This document shows positions 19,766-27,621 of a stretch of 27,621 nt of DNA, one piece after another. The stretch's first letter is position 1; every line of letters starts with the position of its first letter. The position numbers and the translations under genes are program-made. The notes beneath the pieces are model-generated. The model was not told the origin of the DNA. It saw only the letters and a program-made list of their open reading frames with translations, and did no database searches. Origin of the DNA: an uncultured delta proteobacterium (GTDB taxonomy: Bacteria > Desulfobacterota > Syntrophobacteria > BM002); assembly GCA_963712115.1 (NCBI GenBank), contig CAVQGX010000049.1, forward strand, positions 1 to 27,621, given 5' to 3'.

Positions 19766-20041
19766 CTATTTTTCTTCGGCACTTAAAGCGTGGACTTGTT
19801 TACTTAGGCGTGAAATCTTGCGTGCCGCAGCGCGATGGTGCAAACTCCCTTTGGATGCAGCCTTGTCAATCACAGGAATGGCCTGCTGAAGGGCCGTTTG
19901 TGCCTCCTCCACAGATTTATTCTCTAAGGCTGTCCGGACCTGTTTTACTGCTGTCTTCACTCTAGTTTTTCTAGTACGGTTGCGTAGCCGTCGAGCCTCG
20001 CTTTGCTTCGCTCGTTTGATTGCAGACTTATGGGTAGCCAA
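19766..20041 (-). CDS. rpsT: 30S ribosomal protein S20
   Basis: ATHKSAIKRAKQSEARRLRN...IDKAASKG.LH...AARKISRL; GGAGGA RBS, TTG start. Confidence 0.97.
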   Translation of the reverse strand: MATHKSAIKRAKQSEARRLRNRTRKTRVKTAVKQVRTALENKSVEEAQTALQQAIPVIDKAASKGSLHHRAAARKISRLSKQVHALSAEEK

Positions 20042-20168
20042 TTATATTCCTCCTTCTGACTTCCTTTCCAAATAATAAGCTCGATTGAAAGGTTGAACTA
20101 TATTTGGAATTGCAATGAAAAACGTCTTTTAACATTGCCTATCCAGAGAAGTCAAGGCTTTTTGTAAA

Positions 20169-20202
20169 GTTCTATCGGTTTGTCCGGTTCAGCCGGGCTA
20201 GC
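20169..20202. repeat. Orphan half of the 9-bp array family
   Basis: gttctatcg gtttgtccg gttcagccg ggctagc; no inverted partner seen. Confidence 0.55.
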
Positions 20203-20218
20203 ATTGGGTTATAGAAGC

Positions 20219-21781
20219 ATGAAGGTAAAACAAGTAGGTTTAATCCGCTCAGCCACGCTCATCGGCAGTCTCACTCTACTGAGTAGGGTCCTCGGATTTC
20301 TTCGTGATATGGCAATTGCATATGTTTTGGGCGCTGGTTACAAGGCGGACGTATTCTTTGTAGCCTTTCGCATCCCGAACCTTTTCCGTCGTCTTTATGC
20401 AGAGGGCTCACTAAGTCTTCCCTACATGCCAGAAATGGGCAAGGCTTATGCTCTCAGTGATGATGTCAGGTTCAGTGGGCTAGCCAACAGTCTGGGTGGC
20501 TTTGCAGCTTTTTTCTACCTGAGCTTGACCCTGTTGGGCGTGACGGTGGCTCCTCTTTTTGTCTCGCTTCTGGCGCCTGGCTTTGTTGGAAGTGGGGCCA
20601 AATGGCATTTGACCGTGAAACTTACGAGGTGGTTGTTTCCTTATGTGTTTTGTATTGGGGTAGCTGGTTTTGTTATGGCGCTTCTTAACACGCACGAGCA
20701 TTTTGCCGCCCCTGCAGCCGCACCAAGTCTGCTCAATCTGAGTATGCTTGCCTTGCTGGGAATCGGGGGATATTTCAAATTGGCTCCAGAGTGGTCCCTG
20801 ACTTGGGGAGTTTTTTTAGGTGGGTTTATCCAAGTGGCTTTCCAATTCCATTGGGCCCGGCCACTAGTAGTGAGATGGAGTTTGGCTCAGTGGTGGCGTT
20901 CCCCTGAGGTTTCTGCTGTCTTGAGACTGCTGGTGCCTACGGTGCTGGGTGCGGCGGTCTATCATCTTAATATATTTATTGCCACCCTCTTTGCCTCCTT
21001 TCTCACCGTGGGGAGCATTTCTTATCTCTACTACGCAGAGCGCTTGGTCCAGTTTCCACTGGGCCTTTTCGGTAGTGCCATCTCTACCTCTGTATTACCA
21101 CGTTTTACCCGCCAGACAGCCCTGGGAGAGTGGGCCGCTTTTCGCCAGCAGGTGGTCGAGGCCCTCGAGCTTGTCTGGTTCTTGACCATACCAGCAGCAG
21201 CTGGCCTCTGGGCGATCAGGGTGCCTCTCATACGTCTTCTTTTCGAACGAGGCGAGTTCAATGGAATATCCACCTTGATGACGGCTGATGCCCTGGGATA
21301 TTTTGCCTTTGGTCTGTGGGCGGTAGCCGGTTTCAGGGTGCTAGTGGGGGCCTGGTATGCTCTAGGTCGCGCTTACGTAACAGTTTGGACAGGTGTTGGA
21401 GCTCTGGCTATTAATGTCTTTCTGAGCATATTTTTAGTCGGCCCCCTCGGCCACAGTGGTTTGGCGCTGGCTATATCAGTCGCAGCGATTGCCAACTTGC
21501 TTAGCTTGATCATTCTCCTTGGCAATCACCTTGGAGGCATACAGGTAGGGAGGCTGCTACTTAGCAGTGCTCGTTGTTTGACAGCGGCAATAATCATGGC
21601 CGCGGTTATTCAGGCTCTTGCTCGGTTTACCTACGGTGGAGTTCAGCTTGGAGGGGGCTTGCTTATAGTTGGCTTGGGAAGTTGGGTGCTGGCTGGAGTG
21701 CTCATATACCTCGGAGCCATTTTATTGCTTGGTTTACCTGAAGGAGTCAAGACTGCCTGGGCGGCCAGGAAACAAAGATGA
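20219..21781 (+). CDS. murJ: Lipid II flippase MurJ (MviN)
   Basis: TLLSRVLGFLRD, AFRIPNLFRRLYAEG, YYAERLVQFPLG, LFERGEF; start taken at ATG 20219. Confidence 0.93.
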   Translation: MKVKQVGLIRSATLIGSLTLLSRVLGFLRDMAIAYVLGAGYKADVFFVAFRIPNLFRRLYAEGSLSLPYMPEMGKAYALSDDVRFSGLANSLGGFAAFFYLSLTLLGVTVAPLFVSLLAPGFVGSGAKWHLTVKLTRWLFPYVFCIGVAGFVMALLNTHEHFAAPAAAPSLLNLSMLALLGIGGYFKLAPEWSLTWGVFLGGFIQVAFQFHWARPLVVRWSLAQWWRSPEVSAVLRLLVPTVLGAAVYHLNIFIATLFASFLTVGSISYLYYAERLVQFPLGLFGSAISTSVLPRFTRQTALGEWAAFRQQVVEALELVWFLTIPAAAGLWAIRVPLIRLLFERGEFNGISTLMTADALGYFAFGLWAVAGFRVLVGAWYALGRAYVTVWTGVGALAINVFLSIFLVGPLGHSGLALAISVAAIANLLSLIILLGNHLGGIQVGRLLLSSARCLTAAIIMAAVIQALARFTYGGVQLGGGLLIVGLGSWVLAGVLIYLGAILLLGLPEGVKTAWAARKQR

Positions 21782-21782
21782 A

Positions 21783-21861
21783 ATTTCAGATTGAAGATTG
21801 TAGATTGCAGATTGTTTTGACCTGTTGGTTTCAGCTCTTTTGAATCTAAAATCTGAAATTT
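21783..21861. repeat. Inverted pair of 7-bp tandem arrays (ATTKNAG / CTRAAAT)
   Basis: atttcag attgaag attgtag attgcag attg (21783-21814) versus ttgaat ctaaaat ctgaaat tt (21840-21861), between convergent genes. Confidence 0.85.
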
Positions 21862-21868
21862 TATAAAC

Positions 21869-22315
21869 TTAGGATCGGGGTCGAAGAATAGCTATAGTAC
21901 CAAGTGCCTTAACTACAAGATCCCCATGTTGATCGTATACCTCGCCCTCAACCACCGCAGTTGAGCGTCCACGGTGAAGGGCACGACCTCTCGCCCTTAT
22001 GGTCTGATTAAATTCTCGCACTGCCTTGATGAAGTTGAGTTTCATTTCTTGATGGAAGTCGACTTCGCCTCTATGTCTCACTAAAGTGCGGGAAGCTACA
22101 AAGGTGGCTGCATCGAGGAGAGCAAAAAGCACCGTGCCCTGAAGAGTATCACGGTCGTTCATGAATTCTCTCCTCAGCGGGAGCTCAACCTCACAGGTCC
22201 CCTCGCTCACCGAAACAATCCTGGCACCTAACCAAGAGAAAAGAGGCTGCGAGGCAGCTATCTCTCGAGCCCTTTGTAAAAATGTTTCTTCACCGACCTT
22301 TTGGAGTAAAGACAT
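21869..22315 (-). CDS. PaaI-family (hotdog-fold) thioesterase
   Basis: PLFSWLG, N...TLQGTVLFALLD, EMKLNFIK, HRGRSTAVVEGEV. The usual HGG motif reads QGT. Start at ATG 22315 is an estimate. Confidence 0.8.
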   Translation of the reverse strand: MSLLQKVGEETFLQRAREIAASQPLFSWLGARIVSVSEGTCEVELPLRREFMNDRDTLQGTVLFALLDAATFVASRTLVRHRGEVDFHQEMKLNFIKAVREFNQTIRARGRALHRGRSTAVVEGEVYDQHGDLVVKALGTIAILRPRS

Positions 22316-22371
22316 GGCACATCTTCCCAAATTACGCTGAGGACCGTGGGCTGTGCGCTCAGCGGTTTCCT

Positions 22372-22536
22372 TTACCACAAGAAGCGAACCCCCATACCTG
22401 GCCTTATGGTTTCATCCTCAGGGCTGGCCTGACTAGACCAGACTACTTCGGCAAACACCTGCAGGGGGGAACCCATAGGGATTTCGACTTTCAAAAAAAG
22501 GCTCTCGGCGGGGTAAAGCTGTTTGTTGCATTGCAT
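22372..22536 (-). pseudogene. 5'-truncated PilZ-domain fragment (54 aa, absent from the ORF track)
   Basis: Manual translation MQCNKQLYPAESLFLKVEIPMGSPLQVFAEVVWSSQASPEDETIRPGMGVRFLW*. The AEVVW...GMGVRF pattern is typical of PilZ C-terminal strands; the RxxxR motif is missing. Confidence 0.65.
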
Positions 22537-22549
22537 CTGAGATTTGCTT

Positions 22550-22987
22550 TCACTCTAATTTTGCTATGTCTTTTTGAAGTTCCTCTATGTAAGCCACGGC
22601 CCTCTCCAGTTCATTGGTAAGGTGCCTGATCCGGAGAGCAGATTTGACTCGACTGGAAATCTCAGCCATGTCAAAAGGTTTGTTAACAAAGTCGTCCGCT
22701 CCTATATTGAGGGCTTCCATCTTGTTGTCTTCAAAGCCGGTTATAACTATGACAGGAATAAGTTTGGTCTGCTCCTTCTCTTTTAGCCGCTTGCAGACTT
22801 CCAACCCGTCAAGGCCGGGCATCTTTATGTCGAGTATGATTACCTGGGGATTTTTCTCTGACGCTAGCTTCAGTGCCTCATTCCCATCGGAGGCCAGAAT
22901 AACTTCATAACCCTGGCCTTTCAGGAAGTGGTCCAGTAAATTCCTGATCTCCTGCTCATCATCCGCCACTAAAATTTTTTCTGCCAT
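22550..22987 (-). CDS. Stand-alone response regulator receiver protein with short C-terminal helix
   Basis: ILVADDE, phosphoacceptor IILDIKMP, VITG, GADDFVNKPF; no output domain. Confidence 0.92.
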   Translation of the reverse strand: MAEKILVADDEQEIRNLLDHFLKGQGYEVILASDGNEALKLASEKNPQVIILDIKMPGLDGLEVCKRLKEKEQTKLIPVIVITGFEDNKMEALNIGADDFVNKPFDMAEISSRVKSALRIRHLTNELERAVAYIEELQKDIAKLE

Positions 22988-23171
22988 GGTGCCCCTCCCA
23001 ACTAGAAGTGTTATTTTTAGATCTGGTCAAAACTAGATTTGACCTCAGACAGCGCTCCACTGACAAAGAACCAATTTAGCCGCTAGGATAAATGAGCACT
23101 CACCTCAGCGCAAGAAAAAATGACTCGAGAGGGGGCAGGGACTTGTCTGCGAGCACCATTTGCTGGATTTA

Positions 23172-23199
23172 ATGTCTGATAATTAATCTTATGTAAACT
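23172..23199 (+). other. Candidate XerC/XerD dif site
   Basis: ATGTCTGATAA-TTAATC-TTATGTAAACT has the 11-6-11 layout, inner ATAA/TTAT palindrome and a XerD-type arm; intergenic; GGGCAGGG at 23133-23140 points towards it. Confidence 0.7.
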
Positions 23200-23356
23200 T
23201 TAATTTTAGAAAAGGTGGTCCTGCGGGCCCAGTCAAGTTTGAATCGCTTTGCCGGTAAAGATCAGGAGCGTTTTTTGGAGTATTGGGGTAGCGGAAAAGA
23301 CCATTGGAGTCTTCTCAGGAGGCAGCTAAAAGCCAGGTCCTTCCGTCCCGGATTCT

Positions 23357-24637
23357 TTAATCTTTGACTAGAGTTTCTTTTAGAAAGAGGCAGGTAAGGA
23401 AGGCAATGAGTGCGCATATAAAGAGTGCAAGAAAAGCCTGCTTGTAGCCTATTAAAGTAAAAGCATCTCCCGCTTTACCGGGACGTTCAAGAAGGTAGCC
23501 AAGCAACGGTTGAAAAACGGCCCCGCCGGCAAAGGGGAAAATATTTACCAATCCTGTAGAGGTTCCAGCAATCTGTACAGGAAAGAGCTCCTTTGTTGTG
23601 GTGAAGCCAATCACTACAATAGCACTGGAGAAAACTCCGAGAGCTAGGCAGAGTAGGTAGAGAGAGATTATGGACAACTGCTCTGTGTAAAAGGCTAGAA
23701 GAGCTGTAAGGCACAATACTATGAAACTTGAGAGTAAGAGCACTGGTTTTCGCCCACGGAAAATGCGGTCGGAGAGGAAGCTGAGGAAGGGACTTCCGAC
23801 TATCATACCGATTGCAAGCATGGAGAGGATATGACCTGCTTTGGCCTTTGAAAGTCCATATACTTGCATAAGATAGGGGCCACCCCACAGCCCACCGAAG
23901 GAGAAAAAGATAGCAAGATCAAAAAAGAACCAAATGGCAACAGGCCAAAAGCCAGGATAAGTCAATACCTTTTTCATCCCCTCCCACAGTCCGAATGAAG
24001 GCGGACTAGGCCCGGCAGGCTCTGATGGAGAGGGCCAGCCGAGATCGGAAGGTCGATCCCGGACAAAAAGCCAGACCAGAAGAGCCATCAATAGGGTAAA
24101 AACTCCGACAGCAACAAAGGAAAGCCGCCAGCCAATCCTGTTGCTGAGTATGGCCAATGGAGAGGCAGCCGTGAGAGATCCAAGTCCGCCCATGACCATT
24201 AGAATGGCGGTCATAGTGGCGAACTCCCTGACACGAAACCACTCTGCCAGTATTTTCATGGTGGGCACAAAAAGCATGGCCACGCCCAGTCCGACAAGGG
24301 TGCGTCCAATCAGGGCCAAGAGCACTGACGGAGCCAGGCCTAGCATAACGGAGCCGATAAAGGCCACCAAGAAAAACAGAGAAATGGAGCGTCTAGGGCC
24401 CCATGAATCCGAAAGCAGACCGGCGGGAAGTTGCATGAGGGCATAGGGATAGAAATAGGCAGAACTCAGCAAGCCGAGGAGGGCGCCGGAGGCCTGAAGA
24501 TCACCCATCATATCCACGGCTACTACCGCTGGACAGAGACGGTGGAAATAAACCAAGATATAGCTGAATGCAAGAATCCAGAATATAAGCCAGCGGTACC
24601 TCAATGCTTTATTCAATGGATCAGACTTCTGACTCAA
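23357..24637 (-). CDS. Major facilitator superfamily transporter
   Basis: About 12 hydrophobic segments, motif A GLLSDSWGPRR and its repeat LSDRIFRGRK. Confidence 0.92.
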   Translation of the reverse strand: MSQKSDPLNKALRYRWLIFWILAFSYILVYFHRLCPAVVAVDMMGDLQASGALLGLLSSAYFYPYALMQLPAGLLSDSWGPRRSISLFFLVAFIGSVMLGLAPSVLLALIGRTLVGLGVAMLFVPTMKILAEWFRVREFATMTAILMVMGGLGSLTAASPLAILSNRIGWRLSFVAVGVFTLLMALLVWLFVRDRPSDLGWPSPSEPAGPSPPSFGLWEGMKKVLTYPGFWPVAIWFFFDLAIFFSFGGLWGGPYLMQVYGLSKAKAGHILSMLAIGMIVGSPFLSFLSDRIFRGRKPVLLLSSFIVLCLTALLAFYTEQLSIISLYLLCLALGVFSSAIVVIGFTTTKELFPVQIAGTSTGLVNIFPFAGGAVFQPLLGYLLERPGKAGDAFTLIGYKQAFLALFICALIAFLTCLFLKETLVKD

Positions 24638-24686
24638 TCCTTCCCCCAGCTGTAAATTGGACTATTTCAAGGATGGACCATTGACG

Positions 24687-24721
24687 GAAAAGAAAAGGAC
24701 TTAGATTTAATCTCTAAGTCC
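24687..24721 (-). terminator. Intrinsic terminator downstream of the tRNA-Gly 3' end
   Basis: Minus strand GGACTTAGA-GATTAAA-TCTAAGTCC followed by TTTTCTTTT. Confidence 0.65.
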
Positions 24722-24731
24722 CTACTTTCAC

Positions 24732-24778
24732 TGGAGCGGGAGACGGGTTTCGAACCCGCAACCCTCAGCTTGGAAGGC
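24732..24778 (-). pseudogene. 3' fragment (47 bp) of tRNA-Gly(TCC), probable att site
   Basis: Reverse complement GCCTTCCAAGCTGAGGGTTGCGGGTTCGAAACCCGTCTCCCGCTCCA contains the anticodon loop, T arm, 3' acceptor strand and CCA. The D arm and 5' acceptor strand are absent. Confidence 0.88.
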
Positions 24779-24954
24779 GCTCCAAGCGACTCCAGCGATT
24801 CTAAGGGATTACGAGAACTTGCTGTTTTTTTTGCGAATTTAGAGTATAAAGGATAGAGACTATAGGGGGAGAAATATAGCATATCGGCGGTGAAATGTCA
24901 TTTTAATGTCACCGAAAATGGGGCTATAAACCTCAGCTTGAGAAGAATAGGGTC

Positions 24955-25527
24955 GTGGAGTCTGACAATTTTGACCTTCAGAAATATATTGAGAAGCATA
25001 AGTTAACTCTCGTCCAGGCATTACGCCAGGCGGGGTATCAAACTGAGTCTAACTTCCTTGAGAGGTTGCTCGATAGAGGTTTGGGTCAGGATGAATTGTA
25101 TCAACTTTTGATTGAGAACAAGATGGCCTTTGGAGCGCAAAAGGCTTTGGCAAAGGATGTGAATAAGCTTCTAAAGAAGCGTCTTCGTAGGACGGTGGCA
25201 ACTCTCGGCAACCTACTAAAAGATGATCTTTTATCCGATGAAATTAAAGAGGTAGCGAGTAGGGAACTGGAGAGGATCAAGAGACTTCGGGAAGAAATCG
25301 AGCCTCTAGTCGTTAATCTCGGTGCGCCAGCTAAAGAAAAAGACTTTATAAACTCCAAGATTGCACAGTTAGCAGATTATCTGGAGGACTTCACGGACAC
25401 CGGTGATACACTGGCAGACGAACACCGTCTGATAGCGGCCCTCTTTAACACGTACAATGTTGGCGACGGGGAGTGGACCGAGAAAAAGATCCAGATGAGG
25501 CTCTACCACATAGATCATCAGGCTTAA
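24955..25527 (+). CDS. Hypothetical protein (190 aa, charged, helical)
   Basis: Long open frame with protein-like composition; no motif recognised; GTG start uncertain. Confidence 0.6.
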   Translation: MESDNFDLQKYIEKHKLTLVQALRQAGYQTESNFLERLLDRGLGQDELYQLLIENKMAFGAQKALAKDVNKLLKKRLRRTVATLGNLLKDDLLSDEIKEVASRELERIKRLREEIEPLVVNLGAPAKEKDFINSKIAQLADYLEDFTDTGDTLADEHRLIAALFNTYNVGDGEWTEKKIQMRLYHIDHQA

Positions 25528-25731
25528 GTTGTGAAAGTTGAGATGCGTTCTGCGAAGGCTCTTAGCTGTGTTTTCCTCCAGTCTGATAGCTCTGTTTTAT
25601 TCTAATCACATTGTTGCGAGACTTTTATGCCCGTTGTTGGCAACAAACACTAATCAGCCTCCAGTTCTAATGCTTTAAAACTCTCAACATCTTGTGCTCA
25701 GGTTTCTGATGGCAAAGTGTGAATTAAGGGA

Positions 25732-27620
25732 GAGACTGTCGAAAAAGCTCAGAGGTACTGCCCTTATTGCATGCTATTTTTCAAGTCTAGATTATCGATA
25801 CCTCCATTCAGTAATTCCATAACAAGTGCAGTATAAAGTGTAAATATTTATGAGTATTTACTCATTTTATGCATTTATAATTTCAATAATATATGATAAA
25901 AACTGCTAGTGGATATTGTAGAGAGACGATTACAAATAAACTTATCAGGTGAGTTATGGCAAAGTATAAGCAATATGACTACAAACAAATGGTCATGCTT
26001 CCTATCTCGTTAGAAGATCAGCTATCACCAGGAACTTTAGAGTTTGCCATCCACACTCTTGTAGAAACTCGCATGGATCTGTCTTTATTCGACGAGAAGT
26101 ATAAAAACGATGAGACTGGCCGTTTGGCCTATGATCCCAAGATTCTTTTGAAGGTTGTCTTATTTGCCTATTCAAGAGGACTGACAGGCTCCCGGAGGAT
26201 CGAGCAAGCCTGTCGGGAGAATGTGGTCTTCATGGCGCTCAGTTGTGGGGAGAAGCCTGATCACAGCACCATTGCTGCCTTTGTCTCTTCGATGAAGGGT
26301 GAGATTGCGCCTTTGTTTCGCGATGTGCTTTTGGTGTGCGAGGAGGAGGGTCTTTTGGGTGGGACTTTTTTTGCCTTGGATGGGCTGAAGCTTCCCTCCA
26401 ATGCCTCGATGGAATGGAGTGGGACCCATTCACAGTTGCAGAGGAAAAAGGAGAGACTTGAAGCCAAAGTGAAGCAGCTTTTGGAGGAGCATGAGCGGGA
26501 GGACAAAGGAGACGATGACCCACCAGGGCCAGGGTCTTTCCGGGGGAGAGCGAGTAGAGAAAGACAAATCAAACGTTTGCAAAAGCAAGCAGAGCGTATT
26601 GAGAAGTGGTTGAGTGAAAATGAGAAAAAGAATGGCACCAATGGCAAGGAGATCACCAGCAACATAACCGATAATGACTCTGCCAAGATGATCACCTCTC
26701 ATGGTTACATCCAGGGCTACAACGGCCAGGCTTTGATTGATGACAAGCACCAGGTGGTGGTCCATGCTGAAGCCTTTGGCACTGTTTCAGATCATGAGCA
26801 TGTAGGGCCGCTTATGGCTGGAGCCAAAGAGAACATGCAAGCAATCGGTCACGATGAGGATTACTTCAGTGGAGCAATCTTTGTAGCGGATACCAACTAT
26901 CACAGCGAGAGCAACATAAAGAAATGCCAGGAGATGGAGTTGGACGCCTATATCCCTGACAGATACTTTCGCAGAAGGGATCCCAGATACGCAGACTCAA
27001 AAGCGCTACTGGCCCAAGAGGAAGAAGTTTCGCCTTGGAGGATTTTCACTATGATGAGGCGGGAGATCAGTATGTTTGTCCAAATGGAAAAAGGCTCAAG
27101 CGGAAAGTTCAAAGAGTTCTACAGAGACGGCCTTGTTTACAGAATATATGTTGCAGAAGAGAAGGATTGTAAGGGTTGCACCCTGAAGCTCAAGTGTCTT
27201 ACTGGTCGAGGTGGGAAAAGGAAATACTTATGGGTTCCCATTGCAGTTCAGCTTACCAACCTTTCCAGAAAAATGGCCGGCAAGGTCGATACTGAGAAGG
27301 GACGTAAGATATATCCTCGCAGAATAGCCATAGCAGAACCCGTCTTTGCCAACATCCGGACACACAAACGGTTGGATCGTTTTACTCTGAGGGGAAAGAT
27401 CAAAGTAAATATCCAATGGCTGCTCTATTGCATGGTTCACAATATAGGGAAAATCGCAAACTACGGCTTTACCTAGATGAGCCCGAAGGAGGCGTGGATC
27501 TCAGAAAAACAGATAAAACAGAACCACTACCCGAGCAAAGATACAACTGAAAAGCTCGATTGAAACCAAAGGCCTTTCAGAGGAATCCCACTCCTCCCAA
27601 ATGACTTAATCGACAGTCTC
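25732..27620 (+). mobile_element. IS1182-family insertion sequence (1889 bp)
   Basis: Terminal IRs GAGACTGTCGAAAAAG (25732-25747) and CTTAATCGACAGTCTC (27605-27620) match at 14/16 and flank a transposase. Confidence 0.88.
25956..27476 (+). CDS. IS1182-family DDE transposase (contains a locally frameshifted segment)
   Basis: GRLAYDPKILLKVVLFAY, SRRIE, PDHSTI, ALDG.KL, GYNGQ, ADTNY, R...AEPVFANI, RFTLRG...V. Confidence 0.92.
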   Translation: MAKYKQYDYKQMVMLPISLEDQLSPGTLEFAIHTLVETRMDLSLFDEKYKNDETGRLAYDPKILLKVVLFAYSRGLTGSRRIEQACRENVVFMALSCGEKPDHSTIAAFVSSMKGEIAPLFRDVLLVCEEEGLLGGTFFALDGLKLPSNASMEWSGTHSQLQRKKERLEAKVKQLLEEHEREDKGDDDPPGPGSFRGRASRERQIKRLQKQAERIEKWLSENEKKNGTNGKEITSNITDNDSAKMITSHGYIQGYNGQALIDDKHQVVVHAEAFGTVSDHEHVGPLMAGAKENMQAIGHDEDYFSGAIFVADTNYHSESNIKKCQEMELDAYIPDRYFRRRDPRYADSKALLAQEEEVSPWRIFTMMRREISMFVQMEKGSSGKFKEFYRDGLVYRIYVAEEKDCKGCTLKLKCLTGRGGKRKYLWVPIAVQLTNLSRKMAGKVDTEKGRKIYPRRIAIAEPVFANIRTHKRLDRFTLRGKIKVNIQWLLYCMVHNIGKIANYGFT

Positions 27621-27621
27621 G

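Larger units (their letters stand above)
24732..27621. mobile_element. End of a tRNA-Gly-integrated genomic island (continues beyond the window)
   Basis: Truncated tRNA 3' copy followed by an orphan ORF, AT-rich DNA and an IS; no integrase in the window. Confidence 0.65.

Noticed and set aside
203-21861. Repeat arrays as CRISPR
   Set aside because: Units are 7-9 bp, directly tandem and inverted in pairs; there are no 23-47-bp repeats with unique spacers and no cas genes.
23025-23044. GGTCAAA-N6-TTTGACC inverted repeat upstream of the receiver gene
   Set aside because: A single 7-bp-arm occurrence is too weak to call an operator without comparative data.
24732-24807. Functional tRNA-Gly gene
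   Set aside because: No D arm, no 5' acceptor strand (GCGGGAG expected) and an incomplete anticodon stem.
25728-27621. Target-site duplication of the IS1182 element
   Set aside because: Only one base follows the right IR, so it cannot be evaluated.

Overview
This window is a ~50% GC bacterial chromosomal segment. Gene content and order suggest an anaerobic Desulfobacterota (deltaproteobacterium), which is an inference. Bases 1-21.8 kb carry a housekeeping run, mostly on the + strand: tRNA-Gln(-), yceD-rpmF-fabH-[acyl-CoA dehydrogenase-etfB-ferredoxin/etfA]-fabG-fabF-rpiB-glyA-dCMP deaminase-nrdR-ribD-ribE-ribBA-ribH-nusB-leuS-lptE, rpsT(-), murJ. Next come a PaaI thioesterase, an unannotated PilZ fragment, a receiver protein, a candidate dif site and an MFS transporter. 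The window ends in the first ~2.9 kb of a genomic island bounded by a tRNA-Gly 3' fragment, containing an orphan ORF and a complete IS1182-family element. Two features stand out. (1) A CarCDE/Bcd-Etf-like, probably electron-bifurcating module sits inside the fatty-acid synthesis operon, while plsX, fabD, acpP and any enoyl-ACP reductase are absent locally. (2) Almost every long intergenic spacer of the core region holds a pair of inverted, degenerate 7-, 8- or 9-bp tandem arrays (13 pairs, about 11 unrelated unit sequences). All calls were made by eye without database searches.
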